DNA of 63,573 nt, filler included, from Trichomonas gallinae (taxonomy: Eukaryota): assembly GCA_008369845.1 (NCBI GenBank). It is 6 parts of 6 records of this genome, joined end to end, with 100 filler letters (N's around TTAATTAATTAA, not from the genome) between each part and the next. Parts side by side here need not be neighbours in the genome. Positions count along the whole stretch, not along the records: positions 1 to 16,155 come from MRSU01000284.1; positions 16,256 to 41,213 come from MRSU01000286.1; 4 more parts are not named here. One strand, 5' to 3'. Made by a program: the position numbers and the translations under genes. Positions 11,883-21,758 of the stretch are shown here, in pieces (the stretch's first letter is position 1; every line of letters begins with the position of its first letter). The notes beneath the pieces were generated by a model that was not told the DNA's origin, searched no databases, and worked only from the letters and a program-made list of their open reading frames with translations.

Positions 11883-12054
11883 TTCACATTTCCTATTTAA
11901 ATTATTAACATATAATAAACAAAATTTCATATTTGTTTTAAAAATTAATTTTTGAACAAAATTAGCATGAAATTTGTGATATAAACCATTAATTGCATCT
12001 AAATTTAAAGTTTTATCAAATTTGGCTCAACACATAATATATAAAAGTGACAAA

Positions 12055-12528
12055 ATGCTTGCACTCATTCTTACTTTTTCATCATCAAAGTTATATAACA
12101 TAGTTGGTGTCGGTAAAAATGATGAGCGTGTTACATTTGCACAATTCAATCTCGAACCTATCTCAAAACATATTAAACTAGAAAATATCAACGAACAAGA
12201 ATTTGAACCTGGATATTTTGATCATTTCGAGTTGGAACGCCCAGATGGCACAGTATTAACAACATCAGCTCCAAAACATGTCAAAACAATCAGTTTCAAA
12301 ATTTCAACAACAAAAAATAGAGACCCAATTGCTTTTGAAGTCACAAAATCTTCATCAAGAAAGTCCAACAAGCCTGTCACAGCTACACTTAATGCAGCGA
12401 AAGAACTTCCAGCACCACATTACGTTCCTCCACCACCTCAAGAAGGCGGTTTCAGTATATTTCATATAGCTATATTTATGATAGGACTCATGTTTTGCTG
12501 CAGATTGATGGGAAGAGGTGCTGCATAA
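12055..12528 (+). CDS. Small type I membrane protein (signal peptide plus C-terminal TM helix)
   Basis: ATG at 12055 follows AAAGTGAC; MLALILTFSSS signal-like start; C-terminal FSIFHIAIFMIGLMFCC TM segment. Confidence 0.7.
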   Translation: MLALILTFSSSKLYNIVGVGKNDERVTFAQFNLEPISKHIKLENINEQEFEPGYFDHFELERPDGTVLTTSAPKHVKTISFKISTTKNRDPIAFEVTKSSSRKSNKPVTATLNAAKELPAPHYVPPPPQEGGFSIFHIAIFMIGLMFCCRLMGRGAA

Positions 12529-13059
12529 ATGTTTCATTATTTCTTTATAAAGTATCCTTTTTTACAGAAATACAGAGCATAATTCATATTTCTCCTATAC
12601 AACTCTATATGACCTAAAAATAATACAAAGTGAAATTATCTTGAAGTTTTGCTAGTTTATAGTAATACTAGACAGAATTTTTCATAAAATATAGATGCAT
12701 TTGTGTTATAGACTTGATATCAATTGATATTTTTTCGATATTTACTGATATTAAATTAGAGTGATTTTGTAACTGATATATGATAGTACTAACTCTCAAA
12801 TATTGATTCAGTTATATAAAAATGCTCAAATATAACAATATTTTCCTTTCAAATTTTCAAATTTAAAGTAAAGCAATTTTATTATAATAAAATGATAGAA
12901 ATACTTGAGATGTATAGATATATGCACTTTAAATCATGATTTTCCATAAATTAATCAAAAAAATTAAGGACAAGAAGAATTTTTTTGATAAATTTAAGAT
13001 ATTTATTGTATTTCGATATCAAATAATACAAAAACAAAAAAATTAAAAAATTAAAAATT

Positions 13060-13660
13060 ATGTTGGATCAAAACGAACCATTTCAAGCTTTAGGCAGCGA
13101 ATCCGAAGCTGCACTTCTTAACGAAACCGTCTGGGAGACATTAGTATATTTTATTTTCTAACCAACAGAATCGAGACTTAAAAGAAATTAGATCCAAAAT
13201 TATGATTGTTTTAAATCCGAAATCAACAAGCGATAATGCCTTCAAGGATTGGGATTTGTGGGGACCAATGTTTTTCACCCTTTTCCTTTCAGTCATTCTT
13301 GCTTTAACTGGCGAATCTTCTGAAACATCAATTTTATTCACCGGTATATTCACAATATGCTCGTTTGGCGGCGCTGTTATTACTATTAATTTCATTCTCT
13401 TAGGCGGAACAATGGGATTTTTCCCAACTTTATGCGCGCTTGGTTATTGCCTGTTTCCGTCATGCATCAGCTCCCTAGTTTGTGCTATACTCAACTTTAC
13501 AATTGTTAAGCTAATAATTTGTGGTTTAGCCTTATATTGGTCGATAATTTCGATTCAAAAGTTCTTTAAATCACAAATTCCAGAAAATAGAGTTTTCCTC
13601 GGCTTATATCCATGCATATTATTCTACGCAATCATTTCATGGATTATTTTCATCCATTAA
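13060..13660 (+). CDS. Yip1-family Golgi membrane protein (YIPF6-like), two exons 13060-13143 and 13169-13660
   Basis: Spliced product MLDQNEPF...LNETVWETL|NRDLKEIRSKIMIVLNP...WDLWGP restores the conserved Yip1 L.E.V..T..RDL motif; LGYCLFP also present. Confidence 0.88.
13144..13168 (+). other. 25-nt spliceosomal intron
   Basis: GTATATTTTATTTTCTAACCAACAG: GT...AG with a fused branch/3' splice site (CTAAC-CAACAG). Removing it joins an 84-nt ATG exon in frame to the Yip1 ORF. Confidence 0.88.
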
Positions 13661-14364
13661 ATTTATATAAGCGAAAATAGAACGTTACCAATTTGAAAAT
13701 GTTTGATACTTCTTGAATTTAAATCCGAATGATATTAATACTATTCTTTAAATTGTAAATTAGATATTTTTATTTATTACCAATAGAATCCATCCATATT
13801 TCACACTTCCAATACAATAAGCAAATGGATTGGAATTCAATCAATAAGATGCATCATATATTTGTTATTTAATAAAAAAATATCAAAATTATTAAAGTCA
13901 AAAACGAATTATGACCTTAACACAAACAAATTTTTAATATGTATAAGTTTCTTATTTAATTAACACATAAAATAGCCAGATTAATGCATGGTAAGTGTAA
14001 TTTCTATTTTTGATCTTATCATTATTAATACACAGCATTAATAACATATCTATTAAATATTTTTACATTTCCAAATATCAATTTTTCATTAACTCATATA
14101 ATAATCAAAATACCAAAATACAAATCGAATTAAAATTGTTTTCTGATGTTATATTATTTAAATATTAGCAATATAGAAATTTTTATATTGATTAATAGAT
14201 GAGCTTTGTTCTAAATTTTAATATTTATGGAAATAATATTAAATAAAACTCAAATAAGTTGATTTCCAGCTGATTTTTTGGTCAAAAACATACTGTTATG
14301 TGATAAGGAATATGTATCTGAATTGAAAAATGTGATGAAAATCATGGCGGTTTTTTCAAAAAAA

Positions 14365-14958
14365 ATGCCGAATCACTTTCCTAAATTTGCTCATACGCAG
14401 AACCCGAACTTGCATGTCGGCCAAGAGATTTTCATCATAGATGAGAACAAATATGACATATATCGCGCTGAAATTGTCGCAATAAAAGATGGTGTGTATA
14501 CAATATTTTACCCTGACTACGAAACAACAGAAGAAATCAACGGAATCGACAGAATCTTGCTGAAAAACAATGTGAATAAGAAAATATTCAAAGAGCAAGA
14601 ATTAATTCGATCGAAAATTGAAGCTGATACTGCTCAGGTCAAATCTGAGTCGGATGGAGAATCTGATGAAGATGAAGAAAAGAAACCTGTGTACAGACCG
14701 CCAAAAACTATCAACAGAGTGAAAATCCCGCAAGATGATACGATTCTACAGCCACCACCAGAATCTGAGCCGCCAAAACCGGCTCCTGATCAGTCTAAGT
14801 CCGTGGAGGTGACACCAAATATAACAATCCCTGTTACATTTTCAACAGAGGATTCAAAAGTTTTGTTTAATACTCCGCAAAACATCGAAATCTCGACAAG
14901 CAAGTCAAGCGATACAAATGAAGTTACGTTCTCGTTCAAAATTACTTTCAAGAAATAA
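14365..14958 (+). CDS. Tudor-knot/chromo-barrel domain protein
   Basis: VGQEIFIID...IYRAEIVAIKDGVYTIFYPDY...E....DRIL resembles the MRG15/Eaf3 chromo-barrel. Likely ATG at 14365 after an A-run; upstream ATGs also exist. Confidence 0.65.
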   Translation: MPNHFPKFAHTQNPNLHVGQEIFIIDENKYDIYRAEIVAIKDGVYTIFYPDYETTEEINGIDRILLKNNVNKKIFKEQELIRSKIEADTAQVKSESDGESDEDEEKKPVYRPPKTINRVKIPQDDTILQPPPESEPPKPAPDQSKSVEVTPNITIPVTFSTEDSKVLFNTPQNIEISTSKSSDTNEVTFSFKITFKK

Positions 14959-15253
14959 GCGTTTTTTTTATATTTATATTTTTCTTTCTAAATTTTTAGT
15001 ATTATGATTCTTTGTATACCAGCAATAAATTTTTTGCGCGCCCTAGTTGATATTTACAAATATATATTTTAATCGCCATAAGATAATCGATTTACATTCA
15101 AAAAATTCGGGATTTTAGAAGAACTACACATGGGTAGTACATATTATTTGCTAGAATTGATGCAATATAAGGTTAAATTTTTGAGAGTAGATTGAGAATT
15201 TGACATATGAATTTTAAAACAAATTTTGGTAAGTAAATTAAAAGTGACAAAAA

Positions 15254-15440
15254 ATCTTTGCACTCAGGGCGATTCGCTCTGAATAAGTGTAGTATCTGTT
15301 CTGAATCGCTTGACAGCGGTTCGCCTGGTATGTGCCAGGCTACCCTGTTCATACTAATTTATTATTTCGCTGGCTAGCATGTCTAGTTCGCGGGCTTTGC
15401 TCCCTGTCTTCACTCCCTCAGGGTTGCGAAGCCACCAATC
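15254..15440 (+). ncRNA. U2: U2 spliceosomal snRNA
   Basis: Invariant AAGTGTAGTATCTGTTCT (15285-15302); 5' stem TCAGGGCG/CGCTCTGA; hairpin GCCTGGTA/TGCCAGGC; T-rich Sm-like site near 15356; 3' loop TTGCGAAG like stem-loop IV. Ends approximate. Confidence 0.9.
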
Positions 15441-15733
15441 TTTTATTCTTAGAGTTGTGTGTGATATAAGCATTAAATATTATATATATAAAACAAGCAT
15501 TTAAGCAAATATTTTTACATGATCATATTTAGATGACATTTGAATGCTTAACATGTCAGGTCATCTCACTTTTTGTCAAATCGCATTTTCTAGACGCGTC
15601 AAAAGTCACCAACATTGTTCGCAAAAAGTGAATCTAATACAATGTTTAAGAAAGTGCGCACATGTCGAAATGTAATCATTATATATATAGATAAATAGTA
15701 ATGAATAACCCACTTGAATAAGTGAATATATTT

Positions 15734-15893
15734 ACAGCTTTGATTTTTGCTTCTTTACATGTCCATACTGAAGTTGGCAAACTCCTTCTCACAGATCCTG
15801 GAATAGATGTTCACATAAAAGACTGGAAAAACCAGAGAGCTTTGAATACGCTTCATTAAATGGGCATTATGGAATCGTAAAAATGTTGAACAT
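15734..15893 (+). pseudogene. Degenerate ankyrin-repeat fragment
   Basis: Translates as TALIFASLHVHTEVGKLLLTDPGIDVHIKDWKNQRAL, then after a frameshift YASLNGHYGIVKML; no intact ORF. Confidence 0.7.
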
Positions 15894-16155
15894 GAAGCAA
15901 TTTATTCAATTTATAGATTTTAAGTTTCCACCGCACAGATGGCATCTAATAATTATATATGTGTTATTGCGTGAGAAAATAATTTTTGAGATTAATAATT
16001 TGCATGAAAGAATGTGATTAAATATTAGCATCTCATGCAAATATATCTCACTGTTGGAAAGAATAATGAGATGGAGCATATATTTTGATAGTGAATGATA
16101 TTTGTTTTGCATTCATATTTAGGTAATAATTTCAGAGCTCTTGCAAGCATTTTCT

Positions 16156-16255
16156 NNNNNNNNNNNNNNNNNNNNNNNNNNNNNNNNNNNNNNNNNNNNT
16201 TAATTAATTAANNNNNNNNNNNNNNNNNNNNNNNNNNNNNNNNNNNNNNNNNNNN
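16156..16255. other. Artificial contig linker
   Basis: N44-TTAATTAATTAA-N44 with stops in all six frames; same linker at 41214-41313, 48005-48104, 55416-55515 and 61718-61817. Confidence 0.97.
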
Positions 16256-16433
16256 CCTGCCACTTTGGGTCCCAAGAAATTGAATACGTATCGAAAAAGC
16301 TGTCTGACATCAGAAAAACGGGGGACAGTATCAAATTTGATTTTCCAAAAATGCTGAAATAATTTAAAAATCAAGATTAATATATAATGCTCAATCTAAA
16401 TATGCAACAAAAATCGAGCTGATTTGGAATTGA

Positions 16434-16452
16434 AACGGTTTGGTCGGCCTTT
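16434..16452 (+). promoter_or_regulatory. Trichomonad M3 + M5 core promoter
   Basis: AACGGTTT (M3-like) followed by CCTTT (M5) ending 9 nt before the ribosomal-protein ATG. Confidence 0.6.
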
Positions 16453-16460
16453 CGTGAAAA

Positions 16461-16775
16461 ATGGTTCACCATCCAAAGACTAAGAAATTCTTCTGCAAGT
16501 TCTGCAAGAAGCACACAATGTGCAAGGTTTCTCAGGCCTCTCGTGGTGAAGAGCGCCACTGCGCTCTCGGCCGTCGCCGCTATGATCGTAAGCAGAAAGG
16601 TTTCGGTGGCCGTGTTAAGCCAATTCTTCGTCGTTCAAAGAAGACATCCAAGAAGATTTCCCTCCGTTTTACATGCCAGTCATGCAAGAAGGCTACAATG
16701 TATTGCCTTGGCCGTCTCCGTAAGTTCGAATGGACAGTCGAGAAGAAGAAGAAACACGCCGAACCAACATGGTAA
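16461..16775 (+). CDS. RPL36A: 60S ribosomal protein eL42 (L36a/L44)
   Basis: MVHHPKTKKFFCKFCKKHTMCKV...GRRRYDRKQKGFGG...KKISLRFTCQSC zinc-ribbon pattern. Confidence 0.93.
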   Translation: MVHHPKTKKFFCKFCKKHTMCKVSQASRGEERHCALGRRRYDRKQKGFGGRVKPILRRSKKTSKKISLRFTCQSCKKATMYCLGRLRKFEWTVEKKKKHAEPTW

Positions 16776-17499
16776 AGCAACGATTCTTTATTTTTAATAT
16801 ATGCACTTTAATTTTAAGAATAACAAATTTTTTTTCTCATTCTTTACAAATCGAATTTATTTTATTTCCAAACTGCTTCTATTACTTTAAATTACAGTAT
16901 AGTTCTTTGACAAACACTTCAAAAAAATGAGATTTGATATGAATTCATATGTATACTTTTTTGGCTGTATATAGAAATTAGCTTGGGCAATAGTAATTGG
17001 TCAATCATTTAAATTTTCGTGTTTCGCATGTATTACATTTCAAAATATAATATTTATTGATATTTTGCATTTTATTGCTTTTTATCAGAACGAATGCGTG
17101 AATGGTAACATTGCTATCATATATTCAATATGTTATAAAGCGATTATAAAATTTCAATTTTTTTTTCATGCAAAGTAATACACCTAAGCTTTGATTTATC
17201 AATTTAATGGAAATTTAAGTTAATCATCAATCTGATCAAAGTTAATTCTTGACGAACAAAAATAAAGTATTGAATTTGATTGCATTTAGGGATAATTGCT
17301 CAGATTAAGACATTGAGCAATCAGTGCATGCATCTTTAATCTCATGATGTCTAGTTATAAATTTCTTCAACAATATCAGGTAATTATATGCATTCTATAA
17401 ATATTTGATCAGTATAGCATAATCCGAATCGAATTTTGAACATTTATGAGTGATATGGAAGATAATAGCTTACTCTTATTTCCAACCATTTTTCATTCA

Positions 17500-18240
17500 A
17501 GTTCTCAAAATGTTTTGAGCAAAATTTGGATATAGAATCAATTACAGAACAAATCCATGCATTATTCATAAAATTTCACCAAATTTAAGGTTTAAGATCC
17601 ATTTTGACTGAGAAAGTCTTGGTTTAAGCTTTTCTTCGCATTTAACGAATTAGTATTGAATGTGAGCCAGTTAGTGAATATGACTGCGTATTTAGAGGTG
17701 ACATTGAACCTTTTGAAAGACGAGGTGATGAGAATTTTCTGAGATTTCCCCATCTATCATTTAAAGACTGCACCATACTAAATGGAAGTTTTTATCGATG
17801 TGACAATTTAACATAATTATCATTTGAAGAAGGACTAACTACTATTGATAATTCTACATTTAAAGAATGCAAAAGTTTGGAAGAAGTCAAATTTCCAACA
17901 AGCTTAAGATATATTTCTAGAAGCATTCAATTTGTGTGAGAAATTGAAGAATATTATCCTCCCTGAAAACGTGCATACGATTAAAGCGCGTGCCTTTTAA
18001 TCTTGTCATTCTATAACTGAATTAGTATACTAGAAAACTAGTATTAATAGAAATATTTGCTTTTATATTTTGCATCAATTTTAGAAAGGTTACAATATTA
18101 TGCGAGGATTCATTAATAGCAGTTGGTATTTTTCTTTATTGTGAATCCCTCGTTCATATTACTCTACTAATAAAATATGATTTGAATAGTCCAGTATTTT
18201 GTGCATATTGCAAAAAGTTAACAATGAAAGTTTGAGCTGA
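17500..18240 (+). pseudogene. BspA-like (TpLRR) leucine-rich repeat pseudogene
   Basis: Around 17815-18025 reads FEEGLTTIDNSTFKECKSLEEVKFPTSLRYI, frameshift, EAFNLCEKLKNIILPENVHTIKARAF*SCHSITEL. Boundaries approximate. Confidence 0.75.
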
Positions 18241-18599
18241 TTCTAGAATCCCTTATTAACCATATATATTCATCTCTTGCATCCCTTCTATACTACAAGT
18301 AAAAACATTTTATTCTTTCGTTTATAAAGGCAATTTAAATGATATATATTTATAAAAAAATCAATATCATTGATAACATGATATTTGAAGCTCCAAAAGC
18401 TGCACATCAATATAGTAACTCATAATGCTCATAATATATATATATCGGAGACTTGCTATATTATTTTGATTTAATAATTTGGATATAAATAGGGGTTATA
18501 TCCAATAGAATTTCCATTTTAGGGTCTAATGAAGGGTTATATCCTTTTTAGATTAAAATAAGGTCTAATGAGGGGATTCTCTTAAAAAATTGACATACT

Positions 18600-20177
18600 A
18601 TGGAAAAGAAAGAAGCTCTTTTTAGTAATTTTAGAGTTCCCGAGAAAATGGTTTCTGTTGTCACTCTACAAGACTACCTCAACAAATTGAAACAAACAAA
18701 CATCGACGAATTAGTGAATTTTATATCGAAAAGTTTCATTTCTGCACAATACGAAGAAGTCATTCTCAACATCATCCACTTTGCCGAAATACGTTCGAAA
18801 TTCGTCCAAATATATGCCATGTTGTGTAACATGTTAATCAAAATTTTGGATGAAACATTCAAAAAAATCCTTTATAGGATGTCAAAAGGCATATTTTTGC
18901 GATATTTATACATAGAAAACGTGTTTACGATCGAAGAGATTCAAGAAAAATGCAACCACGACTTCACACAATATTTTTATTTCGCTCCTGAGCTAGACAT
19001 TCCAAAACAATGCGAGGAGAGCAGATCTTTCGGCCCAATATACACGAGGCTGTATGAATTAAGACGTGATAACTGGCTGTTGTACAAAGATCTTCTTGAA
19101 CTCGGTTTTGATCGCGGAACTCTTCGATTTGCGCTTAAATTCGACGATATAGAGCTTCTCAAGACATTATCGAGTGATCCAACGTTTACATTGTCTAAAA
19201 AAGTCTTTCCTTCTCCATTTGAAAATTCATATCCGATGTCTATGCTTGCTTTTTCAGCGCGCTACGGCTCTGAGCATTGCTTTACTTGGCTTCTCGAAAA
19301 AGGTCATCCTTTCGACTCAGAAGTCCCAGAAAATATCATAATTGGCGGAAATATGAAATTATTTAAGATTCTTACAGAAAAGAAGACAGTTTTCAAGAGA
19401 GAACTTCTTACTGCAGCTAAATACCACAGAATGGAGATCGCAGACTGGTTATTAGTCAATTCAGATAATTCGGACGTTTTTATTGATGGTTTAATCGAAA
19501 CTGGCAACTACAGGATAATACTATACTTCGTGACACCAGCAGACATGACTGGGCCGCAAATTGGAACTTGGACTCCAATTTCACGCGCAGCATCGAAAGG
19601 ATTATTATCTCTATGCATATACTTCATGTACTTGGGTGCCCAGATCAATCCACGCCGTAGAGACAGTCATACTGCTCTCCATGCCGCAGCATCTGGCGGA
19701 TTTCTTGAAGTTTGCCGTTTAATGGTCCAAAATGGTGCAATAATAGATGTAAGAGATGACTCTGGAAACACACCTCTATATTTGGCCTCTCAAAAGAACT
19801 GTTTGGAAGTTGTCAAATATCTTCTCTCAAACAGAGCCAGTGTAAACGCTCAGAACGAAGACCACCGCACTGCACTTATTGCAGCTGCTGACTCGGGAGC
19901 TAACGAAGTCCTGAAATTTTTGCTTGATTCAGGTGCAAATCCAAATATAACAGATGACAGCAAGAGAACAGCAGTGCATTATGCAGTAGAGAACAAAAAC
20001 GCTGAAGCCACTCTACAACTCGTGAGACACGGAGCGGACACGTCTTTAAGAGATGATGAAGGCGTAGATGCTTGGGATTTGTGCGATTCTAGGCAAGTTA
20101 GACAGGCTTTGAATGGACAGGAGCCTACACCTGGAGGAGGCTGGTTCGGATTTTTAGGTTATTGCCGTATTTTTTAA
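18600..20177 (+). CDS. Ankyrin-repeat protein (trichomonad DUF3447-associated type) with C-terminal CaaX-like CRIF
   Basis: Several TALHAAA/TPLYLAS/TALIAAA ankyrin repeats; upstream FSARYGSEHCF...IIGGN segment. Confidence 0.88.
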   Translation: MEKKEALFSNFRVPEKMVSVVTLQDYLNKLKQTNIDELVNFISKSFISAQYEEVILNIIHFAEIRSKFVQIYAMLCNMLIKILDETFKKILYRMSKGIFLRYLYIENVFTIEEIQEKCNHDFTQYFYFAPELDIPKQCEESRSFGPIYTRLYELRRDNWLLYKDLLELGFDRGTLRFALKFDDIELLKTLSSDPTFTLSKKVFPSPFENSYPMSMLAFSARYGSEHCFTWLLEKGHPFDSEVPENIIIGGNMKLFKILTEKKTVFKRELLTAAKYHRMEIADWLLVNSDNSDVFIDGLIETGNYRIILYFVTPADMTGPQIGTWTPISRAASKGLLSLCIYFMYLGAQINPRRRDSHTALHAAASGGFLEVCRLMVQNGAIIDVRDDSGNTPLYLASQKNCLEVVKYLLSNRASVNAQNEDHRTALIAAADSGANEVLKFLLDSGANPNITDDSKRTAVHYAVENKNAEATLQLVRHGADTSLRDDEGVDAWDLCDSRQVRQALNGQEPTPGGGWFGFLGYCRIF

Positions 20178-20364
20178 TGTTTGTAAAGAATAAAATAATA
20201 TTTTCTTTGTTAGAATAGAATTTTGATTAAATGATTTCATTTTTCATTAAATATCTTTATCGAGAAATATATTGTTGGCTTTTGGTATCTGGATTCTTTG
20301 CTCACACGTTTAGAATCGTTAGTGATGATTTTGAAAGATGATTAAGAGCGAATTAAATGTTATT

Positions 20365-21360
20365 TTATTCGGATTCGAGGTAAACGAAGACGAATAGATA
20401 TGAATATATATTATGTGATAAATAAAATAATTGTCTGCATGTCGGGAGATAGTGATAGATACTTATGCGACATGCTCCATGACCTTCATTACCATGCATA
20501 GGATCAGATGATAGATATGATGGCATCGGAGAACTGCCACTTATCATTCTTCCCAATGAAAAAAGAGACGAAATAAACCCACTTCCACCCCCACCTGAGC
20601 CACCAATGCTTCCCCAATAGCCTGCTCCTGCGCCACCACCTCCACCTCCATAATATCCACCACCCCCACCACCACCTGTCGATGGCCCGTACATTGGTGT
20701 GTTTGACAGTGTATTATCAGGTGGGTTATCATAAAGATCTCCTCCATGGCCTCCAATTCCAAATGTTCCGTTCATTCCATCAAGTCCTTTCTGATATTGT
20801 TTACCGCTAATGTCATGTGGAGTAGTTCCGTGGCCTGGTGAGCTTCCTTCAATTCCAAAACCACCCGAGCCAGCAGGAAAAGTGCCAACTCTATTCAAAA
20901 AATCACTCGGATTCATTGGATTTCCTGGACCTCCATTTTTACCTTTTTGCTTTAAGTATCTACAAGTGGGAGGTCCACCGAATCCGCCTCCTCCGCCTGC
21001 AACGATGATTCTGGATAGCAATGACTCGGTTGAGTTCCATTCGCCGTCTATCGTTCTGATATCTGTAGCACCTCCGCCGTGGCCTGAGTTGCCACCAAGA
21101 TGACAGTATGAGCCATTTCCTGGCTTTCCACCGCCGTTGTAGCCTTTAGATGAGCCAATAAAGATGTAAAACTCGCTGTTGTTATAAATCGTGATAAATC
21201 CTCGAGAATAACCTCCTGGGCCTCCTTTTTCAATAACAGTAGAGTTTTCATCTATATATGATTCTCCTTGTGCACCCCAAACTTCAAATAGATAAGAGCC
21301 ACGCTTAAGTTTAATCTTAATTCTTGTATAATTTGGATCATTTTCTGGATATTGGAACAA
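20365..21360 (-). CDS. Glycine-rich domain protein (ALK/LTK Gly-rich-like trichomonad family); 5' end appears disrupted
   Basis: EVWGAQG...GGYSRG...GGGATDIR...SRIIVAGGGGG...GGGGGGYYGG...GGGGSGFI motifs. Track start is TTG, with an in-frame TAG shortly upstream and no ATG. Confidence 0.75.
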   Translation of the reverse strand: MFQYPENDPNYTRIKIKLKRGSYLFEVWGAQGESYIDENSTVIEKGGPGGYSRGFITIYNNSEFYIFIGSSKGYNGGGKPGNGSYCHLGGNSGHGGGATDIRTIDGEWNSTESLLSRIIVAGGGGGFGGPPTCRYLKQKGKNGGPGNPMNPSDFLNRVGTFPAGSGGFGIEGSSPGHGTTPHDISGKQYQKGLDGMNGTFGIGGHGGDLYDNPPDNTLSNTPMYGPSTGGGGGGGYYGGGGGGAGAGYWGSIGGSGGGGSGFISSLFSLGRMISGSSPMPSYLSSDPMHGNEGHGACRISIYHYLPTCRQLFYLSHNIYSYLFVFVYLESE

Positions 21361-21758
21361 TATGCCATCATTGGTTAATACGAAGCTATTATCTTCATCA
21401 AACTTTATCTATGGAGCCTCTACAACACAACTCGGCCTTTCTTCACAAAAAATATTCAATGTTATTCAATATTTTTCAATCCAACTGTCCGGATTTTTAC
21501 ATTTTTCAATTATCATTCAAAATTCTATAGTTTATTTTTTACACCAGGGAGTTTAGTTATCATAATAAGTTGATTTATTAATTTAAAAATCAGAACCTTA
21601 GTTTTTATAAACTACATCAATCATTGTATGATGAAACTATAATCATGAATTTTCTTCAAATATTCAAATATCAACATCACTATTTCGCTATTGCAACAAA
21701 ACAAAAATATGCAAAATATTGGTAATCATGTTTAAAAATTAAGAATAAATCAAATGAT

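Noticed and set aside
11612..11887. 91-aa ORF overlapping tRNA-Gly, and the many short antisense or nested ORFs in the track
   Set aside because: Shadow frames of tRNA, real genes or AT-rich spacer; no independent coding signal.
13991..14035. Intron-like GTAAGT...ATTAATACACAG
   Set aside because: The branch motif deviates from CTAAC, and splicing gives only a ~34-codon AT-rich ORF with no recognisable product.
16156..16255. TTAATTAATTAA flanked by Ns, five times in the window
   Set aside because: Artificial six-frame-stop contig linker; not a biological repeat or target-site duplication.
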